Source: an uncultured Defluviitaleaceae bacterium (GTDB lineage Bacteria > Bacillota > Clostridia > Lachnospirales > WRBF01). From it: DNA of 64,000 bases. This document shows, piece after piece, positions 9,673-19,491 of this stretch (position 1 is the stretch's first letter; the number at the start of each line of letters is the position of its first letter). The stretch spans positions 2,998 to 66,997 of the forward strand of contig CAZBLK010000015.1 of assembly GCA_964492715.1 (NCBI GenBank). Reading direction: 5' to 3'. Position numbers and translations under genes: made by a program. The notes below the pieces were generated by a model. That model was not told the origin of the DNA. It saw only the letters and a list, made by a program, of their open reading frames with translations, and searched no databases.

Positions 9673-10806
9673 ATGAACAAAATTTTAATGCTAAACAAAA
9701 TATCAAAGTCAGGGCTTTCACACCTCGACGAAAAATGTTACGAGGTTTCAACAGATTGTTTAAACCCAGACGGTATTTTATTACGAAGCTTCAACATGCA
9801 CGACATGGAAGTTCCGCAGTCGCTTTTGGCTGTTGCACGTGCTGGCGCAGGTGTAAACAACATTCCGGTTGATAAATATGCCGAGCATGGCATTGTTGTA
9901 TTCAACACACCTGGAGCAAACGCAAACGCTGTTAAAGAGCTTGTGCTTTGTGCGCTTCTTCTTTCTTCCAGGAAAATTTATGAAGGAATTGCTTGGGCGC
10001 AATCACTACAAGGGCAAGAAGGCGTTGCAAAAACTGTGGAAAGCGGAAAAAGCGATTTTGTTGGCCCAGAAATTCTTGGCAAAAAGCTTGGCGTAGTAGG
10101 GCTTGGCGCAATCGGTGTGCTTGTTGCGGCGGCTGCTAATTCACTTGGAATGGATGTTTTGGGCTACGACCCTTACCTTGACAAGAGCAACGTTTCTGCT
10201 TTAAAGCAAGTTTCTTCGCTTGAAGAAATTTATAAAGAATGTGATTATATTACGCTTCACGTTCCAGCAACTGCTGAAACTAAAGGCATGGTTAATGCTG
10301 ACACAATTTCAAAAATGAAAAAAGGTATGCGAGTTTTAAACTTTTCTCGTGGCGAGCTTGTAAATAACGCTGATATTAAAAAGGCACTTGAAAACGGCGA
10401 CGTTTCTTGCTATGTAACTGACTTTCCTACGGAAGAAGTGCTTGGTGTCAAAGGAATTGTTGCAGTTCCGCACCTTGGTGCATCTACACCAGAATCCGAA
10501 GAAAACTGTGCTGCAATGGCGGCTGTTTCGCTTAAAGCATACATTGAAAACGGAAGCATTAAAAATTCTGTAAATTACCCAAACACAGAGTTAAAAGAAA
10601 TAGACGGAAAGCGTGTTTGCGTGCTGTACAAAAACGATGGCGAAGGGCTTGTTGAAAGGCTTAAAACGCTTTTAAAGTGCGAGCCTATAGCGAACAGCAC
10701 AAGAGACAGCTTTGGCTACACAGTTTTTGATGTTCCAGAATGTAAAGCTGAAATTTGTGAGCAAATTATGAAGCTTGAAAATGTTGTAAAAGTTAGAGTT
10801 ATTTAA
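9673..10806 (+). CDS. serA: D-3-phosphoglycerate dehydrogenase
   Basis: RAGAGVNNI, NTPGANANAV, GLGAIG, PHLGAST; follows serC. Confidence 0.9.
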   Translation: MNKILMLNKISKSGLSHLDEKCYEVSTDCLNPDGILLRSFNMHDMEVPQSLLAVARAGAGVNNIPVDKYAEHGIVVFNTPGANANAVKELVLCALLLSSRKIYEGIAWAQSLQGQEGVAKTVESGKSDFVGPEILGKKLGVVGLGAIGVLVAAAANSLGMDVLGYDPYLDKSNVSALKQVSSLEEIYKECDYITLHVPATAETKGMVNADTISKMKKGMRVLNFSRGELVNNADIKKALENGDVSCYVTDFPTEEVLGVKGIVAVPHLGASTPESEENCAAMAAVSLKAYIENGSIKNSVNYPNTELKEIDGKRVCVLYKNDGEGLVERLKTLLKCEPIANSTRDSFGYTVFDVPECKAEICEQIMKLENVVKVRVI

Positions 10807-10894
10807 GAACCTATACTCAAAGTGCAAACTGCCGCTTTGACGGTGTTGCCGCTCTATGCTTCTTCAGTGGCTTAATATTGAGGATATGTTCTAA
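10804..10894. mobile_element. MITE-like inverted-repeat element, about 85 bp between TAA flanks
   Basis: TAA-gaacctatactcaa ... ttgaggatatgttc-TAA; 12/14 inverted match. Confidence 0.5.
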
Positions 10895-10952
10895 AACAGC
10901 GGCATGTGCGGCGTTTGCCCACATGCCCTTTAATAATAAAGGAGTGACATCA

Positions 10953-12191
10953 ATGTCTGTAGTAAGACCGTTTAAAGGAGTTCGCCCAACGCCTGCCCTT
11001 GCTGAAAAAGTGGCAGCCCTCCCCTACGACGTAATGAACAGCGACGAAGCTAGGGAAATGGTAGCTGGCAACCCTTATTCTTTTTTGCATGTTGACAAAG
11101 CAGAAATTGACCTTGATAAGTCAATTGACCTATATGACCAAAAGGTTTACAACAAGGCTGCCGAAAACTTAAACAAAATGATAGGCGAGAAAGTGCTTAT
11201 TCAAGACGAAAAACCTTGCTTCTACATTTATCGCCTAACGATGAACGGACGCTCGCAAACAGGGCTTGTTGCTTGCACGTCAATTGACGAATATTTAAAC
11301 GGCTTAATTAAAAAGCACGAGCTTACACGTGCCGACAAAGAAGCCGACAGAATTCGCCACGTTGACATTACAAACGCAAATACAGGGCCAATTTTTTTAA
11401 CTTACCGTTCAAATAAAGAAATTGTTGAAACAATAAATAACTGGGCTAACGATAAAAAGGCAGTATATGACTTCACGGCAGAAGACGGAATAAAACACGA
11501 AGCATGGGTAATTGATGACGAAGCTGTTATTAGTAAAATACAGGAAGCTTTTTCTAAAGTTTCAAGCCTGTACATTGCAGACGGACACCATAGAAATGCT
11601 TCTGCCGTAAAAGTTGGGCTAATGCGTAGGGAGCAAAACCCAAGCTATGACAAAGAAGCCGAGTTTAACTTTTACCTTTCGGTAATTTTCCCAGACGAAC
11701 AGCTTTATATTATGGACTACAACCGCATTTTAAAAGACTTAAACGGCATTTCCCAAGCTGAATTAATGGAAAAGCTGAGCCAAAAGTTTGACATATCGCC
11801 GTCAGAAAACGGCAAACCAGAAAAGCTGCACAGCTTTGGTATGTACATAGGCAACAAATGGTACATGCTTGAAGCAAAACCAGAAATAATTGTAGACGAC
11901 CCTATAGAAGCACTTGATGTTTCTATTTTGCAAAAGCACGTGCTTGCGCCGCTTTTTGACATTGACGACCCAAGGACAAACAAGCGAATTGATTTTGTTG
12001 GCGGAATACGTGGGCTTGCCGAGCTTGAAAGGCGTGTTGGAAGCGGTGAAATGGCTGTTGCGTTTTCTATGTTCCCAACTTCGATTGATGAGCTTTTGTC
12101 TGTTGCTGATGCAGATAAAATTATGCCGCCAAAATCAACATGGTTCGAGCCAAAGCTACGCTCTGGGTTGTTTATACATTTGTTAAGTTAA
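10953..12191 (+). CDS. DUF1015 family protein
   Basis: LPYDV, IKKHELT, IADGHHR, MPPKSTWFEPKLRSGL; start at ATG 10953 behind AAGGAG. Confidence 0.9.
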   Translation: MSVVRPFKGVRPTPALAEKVAALPYDVMNSDEAREMVAGNPYSFLHVDKAEIDLDKSIDLYDQKVYNKAAENLNKMIGEKVLIQDEKPCFYIYRLTMNGRSQTGLVACTSIDEYLNGLIKKHELTRADKEADRIRHVDITNANTGPIFLTYRSNKEIVETINNWANDKKAVYDFTAEDGIKHEAWVIDDEAVISKIQEAFSKVSSLYIADGHHRNASAVKVGLMRREQNPSYDKEAEFNFYLSVIFPDEQLYIMDYNRILKDLNGISQAELMEKLSQKFDISPSENGKPEKLHSFGMYIGNKWYMLEAKPEIIVDDPIEALDVSILQKHVLAPLFDIDDPRTNKRIDFVGGIRGLAELERRVGSGEMAVAFSMFPTSIDELLSVADADKIMPPKSTWFEPKLRSGLFIHLLS

Positions 12192-12203
12192 GTTTTATAT
12201 AAT

Positions 12204-12245
12204 AATGGGGCGTTGTTGCATAAATGCTTTAAACGCCCCATTTAT
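12204..12245. terminator. Terminator between convergent genes
   Basis: Stem aatggggcgtt/aacgccccatt. Confidence 0.65.
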
Positions 12246-12323
12246 GGTGTTAATTATCTTTTGTATTTTAAAGTAAAAGTTTTAGCGAGAAGCCAAGTCC
12301 ATCGCTAAATTTTTCCAAATTCT

Positions 12324-14102
12324 TTACACAGCCCTAGTTTCATTTTTAAGCCACGCCTGTTCCTCCTCATTCATATGTGGCGAAAGCTTTTCATAAACTT
12401 GTGCGTGATAATTGTTAAGCCATTCCTTTTCCTTGCATTTAAGCATTGAAACGTCTACAGCCTCCAAGTCAAACGGACAAAAAGCAACTGTTTCAAACTT
12501 CAAAAACGTGCCAAATTGTGTAACTTCGTCTTCAACAACTAAAACTGTGTTTTCTGTTCTAATGCCCCACTCGCCCTGCCTATAAATTCCAGGCTCGTTT
12601 GAAAGAAGCATTCCTTTTTCAAGCTTAACATGTGGCGAAGTTAGCCCAATTGATTGCGGCCCTTCATGCACACTTAAAACGTACCCTATGCCGTGCCCTG
12701 TGCCATGCTTATAGTCAATTCCATGCTCCCACATTGGCTGCCTTGCCAAAATGTCAAGGTTTACGCCTGCCGTGCCGTAAAGAAACTTTGCCATAGCAAG
12801 GCTTATATGCGACTTTAAAACAAGCGTATAGTCTTTTTTCATTTTGTCGGAAATTTCGCCAACCACAATTGTTCTTGTCATGTCGGTTGTGCCGTCAAGA
12901 TATTGCCCGCCGCTGTCAACAAGAAGGAATCCTTTTGGCTGAATTTTTGCACTTTCTCCAACTTCTGGGTTATAGTGTGCAAGTGCAGCGTTTGCCATGT
13001 ATGCGGCAATTGTTGAAAAGCTTGCGCCCATAAAAAGCTCTTGCTCCGAGCGAAGCTCAATAAGCTTTTGATGAATGTCTTTTTCGTCAATGCTTTCTGT
13101 TTTTACAGCTTCCTTCACCCATTTAATAAACTTTGCAACAGCAACGCCGTCTTTAATTTGGCTGTTCCTAATGTTTTTAATTTCAACTTCGTTTTTACAT
13201 GCCTTAAGCTTTGCTGTAAGGTCTATACCTTCTGCAATTTCAAGCTTTTTCGACAACGAGTTAACTATTAAAGAGTTTGTAGTGCTTGGGTTTAAGTAAA
13301 TTCTTTCGGGTTTGTCGTAAGACTTAAAAAAATCCATTGCTTCTTCATAGCTTTTTAAAATAACTCCGTCTGCCAAAAGGTTTTGTTTAAGCGCAGGTTC
13401 AAGCTTTGTTTCGTCTATAAAAAGGTACGCCTTATCCATTGTTAAAAAGCTAAACGCAAAAGAAACAGGCAAATGCTCAATGTCACCACCCCTGTAGTTG
13501 TAAATCCATGCAATGTCTTCAAGCGCTGTAATTATATAAGAAGCTACAGCTTCCTTTTTCATTTCGGCACGCACTTCGGAAAGCTTTTCAGCTCTACTTT
13601 TTCCAGCGTAGCATAGCTCATGCTCAAACGTTTTACCCCAAGATTGTTTAGGTCTGTCTGCCCAAATTTCACCAACAAGGTCAACATCAAGCTTTAGAGT
13701 AACGTTCTTTTTTCTAAGGTTGGTAAGGTATTTTTTGTAAAGCGCAACTGGGACTGTCCGCCCGTCTACACCAACTACTTCACCTTCACCCATGTTTTCA
13801 AAAAGCCATTCTTCAACTGTTGGATACCCTTCTGTTTGCATTTTTTGAAGTTTAATTGTGCTGTCTTTAAGTTCTGTTTCAGCTTGAATAAAGTATCTTC
13901 CGTCTGTCCAAAGCCCTGCCTCTTTTTGTGTAACAACAAGTGTACCAGTCGAACCTGTAAAGCCCGAAGCCCATTGCCTAGCCTTCCAATGCTCGCACAC
14001 ATATTCGCTTGTGTGTGCATCACCACTTTGAACTATATATGCGTCGATGCCCTCACGCTTCATTAGTCTTCTTAAAGCCTCAAGTTTTTCTATTGTTTTC
14101 AT
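12324..14102 (-). CDS. Aminopeptidase P family protein (M24B, long type)
   Basis: SGFTGSTG, WTDGRY, DSGGQYLDGTTD, HGTGHG, VHEGP, SNEPG. Confidence 0.93.
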   Translation of the reverse strand: MKTIEKLEALRRLMKREGIDAYIVQSGDAHTSEYVCEHWKARQWASGFTGSTGTLVVTQKEAGLWTDGRYFIQAETELKDSTIKLQKMQTEGYPTVEEWLFENMGEGEVVGVDGRTVPVALYKKYLTNLRKKNVTLKLDVDLVGEIWADRPKQSWGKTFEHELCYAGKSRAEKLSEVRAEMKKEAVASYIITALEDIAWIYNYRGGDIEHLPVSFAFSFLTMDKAYLFIDETKLEPALKQNLLADGVILKSYEEAMDFFKSYDKPERIYLNPSTTNSLIVNSLSKKLEIAEGIDLTAKLKACKNEVEIKNIRNSQIKDGVAVAKFIKWVKEAVKTESIDEKDIHQKLIELRSEQELFMGASFSTIAAYMANAALAHYNPEVGESAKIQPKGFLLVDSGGQYLDGTTDMTRTIVVGEISDKMKKDYTLVLKSHISLAMAKFLYGTAGVNLDILARQPMWEHGIDYKHGTGHGIGYVLSVHEGPQSIGLTSPHVKLEKGMLLSNEPGIYRQGEWGIRTENTVLVVEDEVTQFGTFLKFETVAFCPFDLEAVDVSMLKCKEKEWLNNYHAQVYEKLSPHMNEEEQAWLKNETRAV

Positions 14103-14132
14103 AAATAACCTCCGTTTTAATTAGATAATAAG

Positions 14133-15503
14133 TTATAACAGTTCGCCTCTAGCCTTCAACTCACCAACAATTTTTTCATACATTTTTCTATCAATTCGAT
14201 ATTTTGCTCTATACAAAATGTACCCAGCCAAAATACAGACAATCGGCAAAACAAGCATTGCCATTTTCATTATCAAAAGCCCATCTTGAGAAACATCTGC
14301 GGCAGTTTCAGCGTCCTTTATGCCAGAAATTATTACTACAACGCTTACAATTCCGCTTGAAATTGCACCACCCATTTTGTTTATAAAAGGCTGAACAGAA
14401 AAAGTAACGCTGTCGTTACGCTTGCCAAGTTTCCAGTGCCCATACTCTACCGTGTCCGCCAAAAACATAAGCATAAGCAGTTGAATAAAGGCTTGCCCTA
14501 CAAAAAGAAGTACACCTGCAATGCCAATAAAAACCATTGTGTGTGTTGGCGCAAGGAAGAAAATTATGTATCCAACAACAACAAGTGTTGTTGCAAAGCC
14601 ATACATGGTTTTTCGTTCCATAAACTTGCTTAACATAGGGAAAATAACTAAAGCCGTAATTTGCGAAACGCCTAAAATTGCGGCAAAAACAGAATACATT
14701 CCTTCGTCGCCGTAGGCATATTTAAAAAAATAAATTCCAAAGCCTGTTGTCGTCATGTAACCAATCATAAAAAGCGCCATAGAAATTGCTGTAAAAAGAA
14801 GCTGGTCGTTTTTAAAAATTGCGTTGACCATGCCAGAAAGCGTAGTGTGCCCTTCGCTTTTAATTATTTTCTTTGGCTCTTTTACACCAAAAAGCGTTAT
14901 CAGCTGCCCTAGCCACATTATGCAAGCCAAAATTATAGCAAACAAAAAGTATCCTTTTTGCATACTTCCAAAAGCATTTCCCAAAGCAGTTGTTATCGGA
15001 ACAATGCCGACAACGACAAAAAACATTCCAACGTTTGCACAAATTCTTGCTATAGAGCCAATTTTTTCACGCTCCTTTTGGTCTAGCGTAAGCGATGGAA
15101 GAAGCGACCAGTAGGAAATGTCGTTTGCTGTAAAGCTAACGCCCCAAGCCAAATAAACAACTGCAAAAACAGCTATATACGCCGAGCCTGAAAAACCGAA
15201 ATCTGTGAAAATCAGCACAGTAAAAATGCCTGAAAGAAAAGCCCCTATAGCTATCCACGGCTTAAACTTTCCAAAACGTGATTTAGTGTTGTCTACAATT
15301 ACGCCCATTACAGGGTCGTTCAGTGCGTCAAAGATTCTGGCAAAAAGCACAATTGCTGTAATCCACCAAAGTGTTGAAGTTGGAAGCTTTACAATATCCG
15401 TTAAATAAAAAATCAAATACATGCTGACAATTGAGTAAACCATGTCTCTGCCAATTGTCCCCAAGCCAAAGGTGTACCTGTTGCGCTTTGATACTTTGTC
15501 CAT
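14133..15503 (-). CDS. Glycoside-pentoside-hexuronide:cation symporter (MelB-like)
   Basis: ARIFDALNDPVMG..VDNTKSRFGKFKPW; ADTVEYG; 12-TM pattern. Confidence 0.92.
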   Translation of the reverse strand: MDKVSKRNRYTFGLGTIGRDMVYSIVSMYLIFYLTDIVKLPTSTLWWITAIVLFARIFDALNDPVMGVIVDNTKSRFGKFKPWIAIGAFLSGIFTVLIFTDFGFSGSAYIAVFAVVYLAWGVSFTANDISYWSLLPSLTLDQKEREKIGSIARICANVGMFFVVVGIVPITTALGNAFGSMQKGYFLFAIILACIMWLGQLITLFGVKEPKKIIKSEGHTTLSGMVNAIFKNDQLLFTAISMALFMIGYMTTTGFGIYFFKYAYGDEGMYSVFAAILGVSQITALVIFPMLSKFMERKTMYGFATTLVVVGYIIFFLAPTHTMVFIGIAGVLLFVGQAFIQLLMLMFLADTVEYGHWKLGKRNDSVTFSVQPFINKMGGAISSGIVSVVVIISGIKDAETAADVSQDGLLIMKMAMLVLPIVCILAGYILYRAKYRIDRKMYEKIVGELKARGELL

Positions 15504-15520
15504 AAACGCCCCCTACTCTG

Positions 15521-17851
15521 CTACTTTTCTTCCGAAACATAAAGATTTGAGCCAAAGTCACCCAAAAGCCTAGTGTTTTTGTTGTAATACGTTCCAATAA
15601 ATTGGTTGTTTAAAAGCACGCCTGCTTCCAGCATGTCGCCGTAACATGTGTATTCCTCTACACAATCTGTAAGGCAAAAAAACTTGCCGACTGTTCGTAG
15701 AATAAAACCGTCTGGGTTTAGCTCTATAGGCAAAATGTGTTTAACAAGCCCCCCAAACCGCTTTATGTAAAGGCTTTGCGGCTTAGTAGCTATTGTGTAT
15801 TCCTTGTCTTTTAAAAGCCCTTTAACGCACAAATAATCAAAGCCTTCGCTTGCAGTTGCAACAGTTTGAAAAAAACCAGAAACAGCTTTGCTTCCGTCTC
15901 GTTCAACGCATTGCCACTTTACTTTGTTGTCCTTTTCGGTTTGAAGCCTGCTAAAAGTTCCGAATTGCAGCGTTTTTCTGTGCCTTTTGTAAAACTCAAT
16001 CTGTTCTTTAATTTCCTTTTTTTCAACATAGGTCAAATGCTTTGTGTCAAGCTCGTAGCCCAAAGCACCAAAGCTTGCAACGTTAAACCTAGTTGAAAGT
16101 GGCGTTACACGCAACGTTTGCTGGTGAGGTGCCATTGAAACATGCGCCCCCATAGTGGAAATTGGGTAAAGGTACGACAGCCCTCCTTGAATTTTCAGCC
16201 GTTCCACAGGGTCGGTGTCGTCCGAAGCCCAAATTTGCGGCGAAAAGCACAACATGCCTAGGTCAAAACGGTTGCCGCCGCTTGAACAGCTTTCTAACAA
16301 AATGTGCGGACGGCTTGTAAAAATTCGGTTTAAAACATCATACAGCCCTAAAATGTACCTGTGGAAAAACTCACCCATGCTTTTGACGTGTTCAGAATAA
16401 GCGTCGCTTATATGGCGGTTCATGTCCCACTTTACGTATGAAACTTTGGCTTCGTCCAAAATCCTCCCTACGTTTTCCACTATATAGTCACGCACTTTTT
16501 CGTTGCACAAATCAAGCACAAGTTGGTTACGCCCAAGTGTTGGCTTTTTGTTTGGGGTTTTTACAGCAAAGTCTGGGTTGTTTTTAAAAAGCTCGCTGTT
16601 TTCGTTCACCATTTCTGGTTCAAACCACAAACCAAACCCCATTCCCAAACTCCGAACTTTTTCGGCAAAGCCCGAAATTCCGCTTGGAAGTTTTTTTCTA
16701 TTCACGCTGTAGTCGCCCAAACCTGCATTGTCGCTGTTTCTTTCGCCAAACCAACCATCATCAAGAACAAAAAGCTCTACGCCCATTTTCTTTGCTTGCT
16801 TTGCAAGTCTAAAAAGCTTACGCTCATTGAACTTAAAAAAATGTGCTTCCCAGTTGTTTATAAGAACAGGGCGTTCTTTACCCTTCCATTCCCCTCTTAC
16901 AACATGCTCGTTTACAAAGCTGTGAAAATTTTGGCTCATACCGTTAAAACCATTTTGGCTAAACGTCATTACGGCTTCTGGCGTTTCAAACCTTTCACCT
17001 TTTTCAAGCACCCATTCAAAACAGTGCGGGTTTATGCCGACCATTACACGAACTAAGTCGTTGTGTGCAAGCTCGGCTGCACCAAAGTGGTTGCCGCTGT
17101 AAACAAGGTTAAAGCCGTAAACTGCGCCGTATTCCTCGGTTGAGGCTTCTTCGGCAATTAAAAACCCTGCGTTGTGGCGGTTGCTCGAGTTACCTGTTGT
17201 TGACGAGTTAACATACATTCCGTATTGCAGCTTGCGGTCGTGGCGGTGTGCTTCTTTAATCCAACCACCGTCAAAAGTAATTAGCTTGTAGCCTTTGTTA
17301 GGCATGTCAACCATCATGCTCATAATTCGTCGGATAGTAACGGCACGTTCGTTTTCATTTCGCAAAACGGCACGGCGTGTAATGACATTTGTTTTTTCGT
17401 ACACTGTGTAAAACAAGTCAAGCTTTACGTTATTCGACGTTTCCCCAAGAGTAATTTTAAGCGTCACACAATCCTCTTTTTCGCCGTATGACGTTGGAAG
17501 CGTTTCACACTTTACGTTGCCCTCAACAATTTCATGCGACTTGTATACAAAGTCACACGTAAAAGTTCCATCAGGCATTTTTGCTTCAATTGGGCTTTGG
17601 CGAAAGTCGCCGCACCCAATGCCAGACCATTCAAGCGGCACAATGTCAAGGCTGTACGCTGTGTCTGATTGGTCATAAGAAACAGACGAGCCTGTCATTG
17701 CTGTGTTTTTAAACGTCACTGCTGAAATGTCTTGCTCTTTAAGCTTTGCGCCGTAATAAACATGTTCAAGGTGCGAAAACTTGCCCACCTTAAAAATGTA
17801 GCTTGTTTCTAAAGTGTCTAGCCAAAAAATGTCGCCCTCCACATATATCAT
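15521..17851 (-). CDS. Alpha-galactosidase, GH36
   Basis: NNWEA, FVLDDGWFG, FGLWFEPEM, YVKWDMNR, ESCSSGGNRFD, WASDDTD. Confidence 0.95.
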   Translation of the reverse strand: MIYVEGDIFWLDTLETSYIFKVGKFSHLEHVYYGAKLKEQDISAVTFKNTAMTGSSVSYDQSDTAYSLDIVPLEWSGIGCGDFRQSPIEAKMPDGTFTCDFVYKSHEIVEGNVKCETLPTSYGEKEDCVTLKITLGETSNNVKLDLFYTVYEKTNVITRRAVLRNENERAVTIRRIMSMMVDMPNKGYKLITFDGGWIKEAHRHDRKLQYGMYVNSSTTGNSSNRHNAGFLIAEEASTEEYGAVYGFNLVYSGNHFGAAELAHNDLVRVMVGINPHCFEWVLEKGERFETPEAVMTFSQNGFNGMSQNFHSFVNEHVVRGEWKGKERPVLINNWEAHFFKFNERKLFRLAKQAKKMGVELFVLDDGWFGERNSDNAGLGDYSVNRKKLPSGISGFAEKVRSLGMGFGLWFEPEMVNENSELFKNNPDFAVKTPNKKPTLGRNQLVLDLCNEKVRDYIVENVGRILDEAKVSYVKWDMNRHISDAYSEHVKSMGEFFHRYILGLYDVLNRIFTSRPHILLESCSSGGNRFDLGMLCFSPQIWASDDTDPVERLKIQGGLSYLYPISTMGAHVSMAPHQQTLRVTPLSTRFNVASFGALGYELDTKHLTYVEKKEIKEQIEFYKRHRKTLQFGTFSRLQTEKDNKVKWQCVERDGSKAVSGFFQTVATASEGFDYLCVKGLLKDKEYTIATKPQSLYIKRFGGLVKHILPIELNPDGFILRTVGKFFCLTDCVEEYTCYGDMLEAGVLLNNQFIGTYYNKNTRLLGDFGSNLYVSEEK

Positions 17852-19491
17852 TTCAAAATTACCCCTTCATACGGAAGCAGACGTTCATAAAAATTAACTT
17901 TATCGTAGTTTGATAAAACTACTTCGCCTTTAAACGGCGTTTTTTGGGGCTTGCCCGAAAAGTTCAGCACAACAATAAGCTTTTCGCCGCTATACTCTCT
18001 TTCGTATGCAAACACGTTGTTTGTAATTAAAAGTTCTTTAAACGTGCCAAACTTTAAGACATCACTTTCGGCACGTAGCTTTATCATCTTTTTATAAAAG
18101 CTTCTTATAGAATTTGGGTCGTTAAGCTGCAAACCCATGTTTATTTTTTTGTAGCTAGAGTTTACAGAAATCCAAGGCTTGCCCGTTGTAAACCCTGCAT
18201 TTTTTTCGCCGTTCCATTGCACTGGGGTGCGGCAATTGTCCCTTGACGACTTTTGAATAATTTTCCACCTGTACCATTCTGGAAAATGCAGTTTTTTTGC
18301 AAGCTCGTAAACGTTTTTCGACTCAACGTCCATCACCTTTTCCATTCCGTCAAAGTCAAAGTTTGTCATGCCAATTTCTTGCCCTTGGAAAACATACGGC
18401 GTTCCTCTAAGCGTAAAAAGCATTGTAGCAAGCATTTTTGCCGACTCTTGCCAAAAGTTTTTGTCGTCCCCAAACCGTGAAACGCTTCTTATTTGGTCGT
18501 GGTTTTCTAAGTAAATGGCGTTCCATTCAAGGGCGTGCTGCCATTTGGCAATTGTTTTTGCAAACCGTGCGGCGTTAAAGCTGCGTTTAAACCATTTTAC
18601 AAAATACTGGTCAGTTTCCATATGCTCAAAAGAAAAAATCATGTTAAGCTCACGGCGTTTTCTATCGCACAAATCTTTGCCCATTTTTGGTGTAACAAAA
18701 ACGGTTTCCCCTACTGTAAAGCAGTCGTACCAGTCCAAAACGTCACGGCGAAGTTCCTTTAAAATTTCGTGCATTCCTTCTTGTGAAATGTAGTGTTCAC
18801 TACCTGTAAGGACAAGCTTTTTCTTGCCGTCCTCAAGCGACGACTTGTACAAAATGTTTATTACGTCGCACCTAAAACCAGCAATACCTTTGTCAAGCCA
18901 AAAACGCATAATCTTTTTTACTTCGTCAAGCACAAGCGGGTTTTGGTAATTTAAGTCGGCTTGCTCCTTTGCAAAAAGGTGAAGATAATATTCGCCCCTT
19001 TCAGCGTCAAACTCCCAGCAATCCTCGGCAAAAAAGCTTGTCCAGTTGTTTGGCAGGCTGCCGTCTTTTTTTGCAGGTTTCCAAATGTAATAGTCGGTGT
19101 ATGGTTGTTCCTTTTTGCGGCTTTTTAAAAACCAAGGGTGTTCGGTTGAAGTATGGTTAATTACCAAATCCATAACAAGCTTAATATCAAGCTTCTTTGC
19201 CTTTTCGATTAGCTCTTCCATTTCTGCCATTGTGCCGTATTCTGGGTTTATGTCGCAGTAGTTGCTTATGTCGTAGCCGTTGTCCTTGTTTGGCGAAGTG
19301 TACACAGGGCTTAGCCAAATAATTCCAATACCCAAGTCCTTTAAGTTTTCAAGTTCTTGAATTACGCCTTGAAGGTCGCCCACGCCGTCTCCGTTTGTGT
19401 CTTTGAAGCTTCTTGGGTAAATTTGATATACAACACGCTCGTGCCACCAAGCCCAAGCCCTATGAGTTGGAGAAGTTTTTTTATCTGTCAC
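17848..19491 (-). CDS. GH13 alpha-glucosidase/oligo-1,6-glucosidase
   Basis: YQIYPRSF, DNGYD, DLVINH, QADLN, GFRCD (nucleophile), VGET, ENHD. Confidence 0.92.
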   Translation of the reverse strand: MTDKKTSPTHRAWAWWHERVVYQIYPRSFKDTNGDGVGDLQGVIQELENLKDLGIGIIWLSPVYTSPNKDNGYDISNYCDINPEYGTMAEMEELIEKAKKLDIKLVMDLVINHTSTEHPWFLKSRKKEQPYTDYYIWKPAKKDGSLPNNWTSFFAEDCWEFDAERGEYYLHLFAKEQADLNYQNPLVLDEVKKIMRFWLDKGIAGFRCDVINILYKSSLEDGKKKLVLTGSEHYISQEGMHEILKELRRDVLDWYDCFTVGETVFVTPKMGKDLCDRKRRELNMIFSFEHMETDQYFVKWFKRSFNAARFAKTIAKWQHALEWNAIYLENHDQIRSVSRFGDDKNFWQESAKMLATMLFTLRGTPYVFQGQEIGMTNFDFDGMEKVMDVESKNVYELAKKLHFPEWYRWKIIQKSSRDNCRTPVQWNGEKNAGFTTGKPWISVNSSYKKINMGLQLNDPNSIRSFYKKMIKLRAESDVLKFGTFKELLITNNVFAYEREYSGEKLIVVLNFSGKPQKTPFKGEVVLSNYDKVNFYERLLPYEGVILK

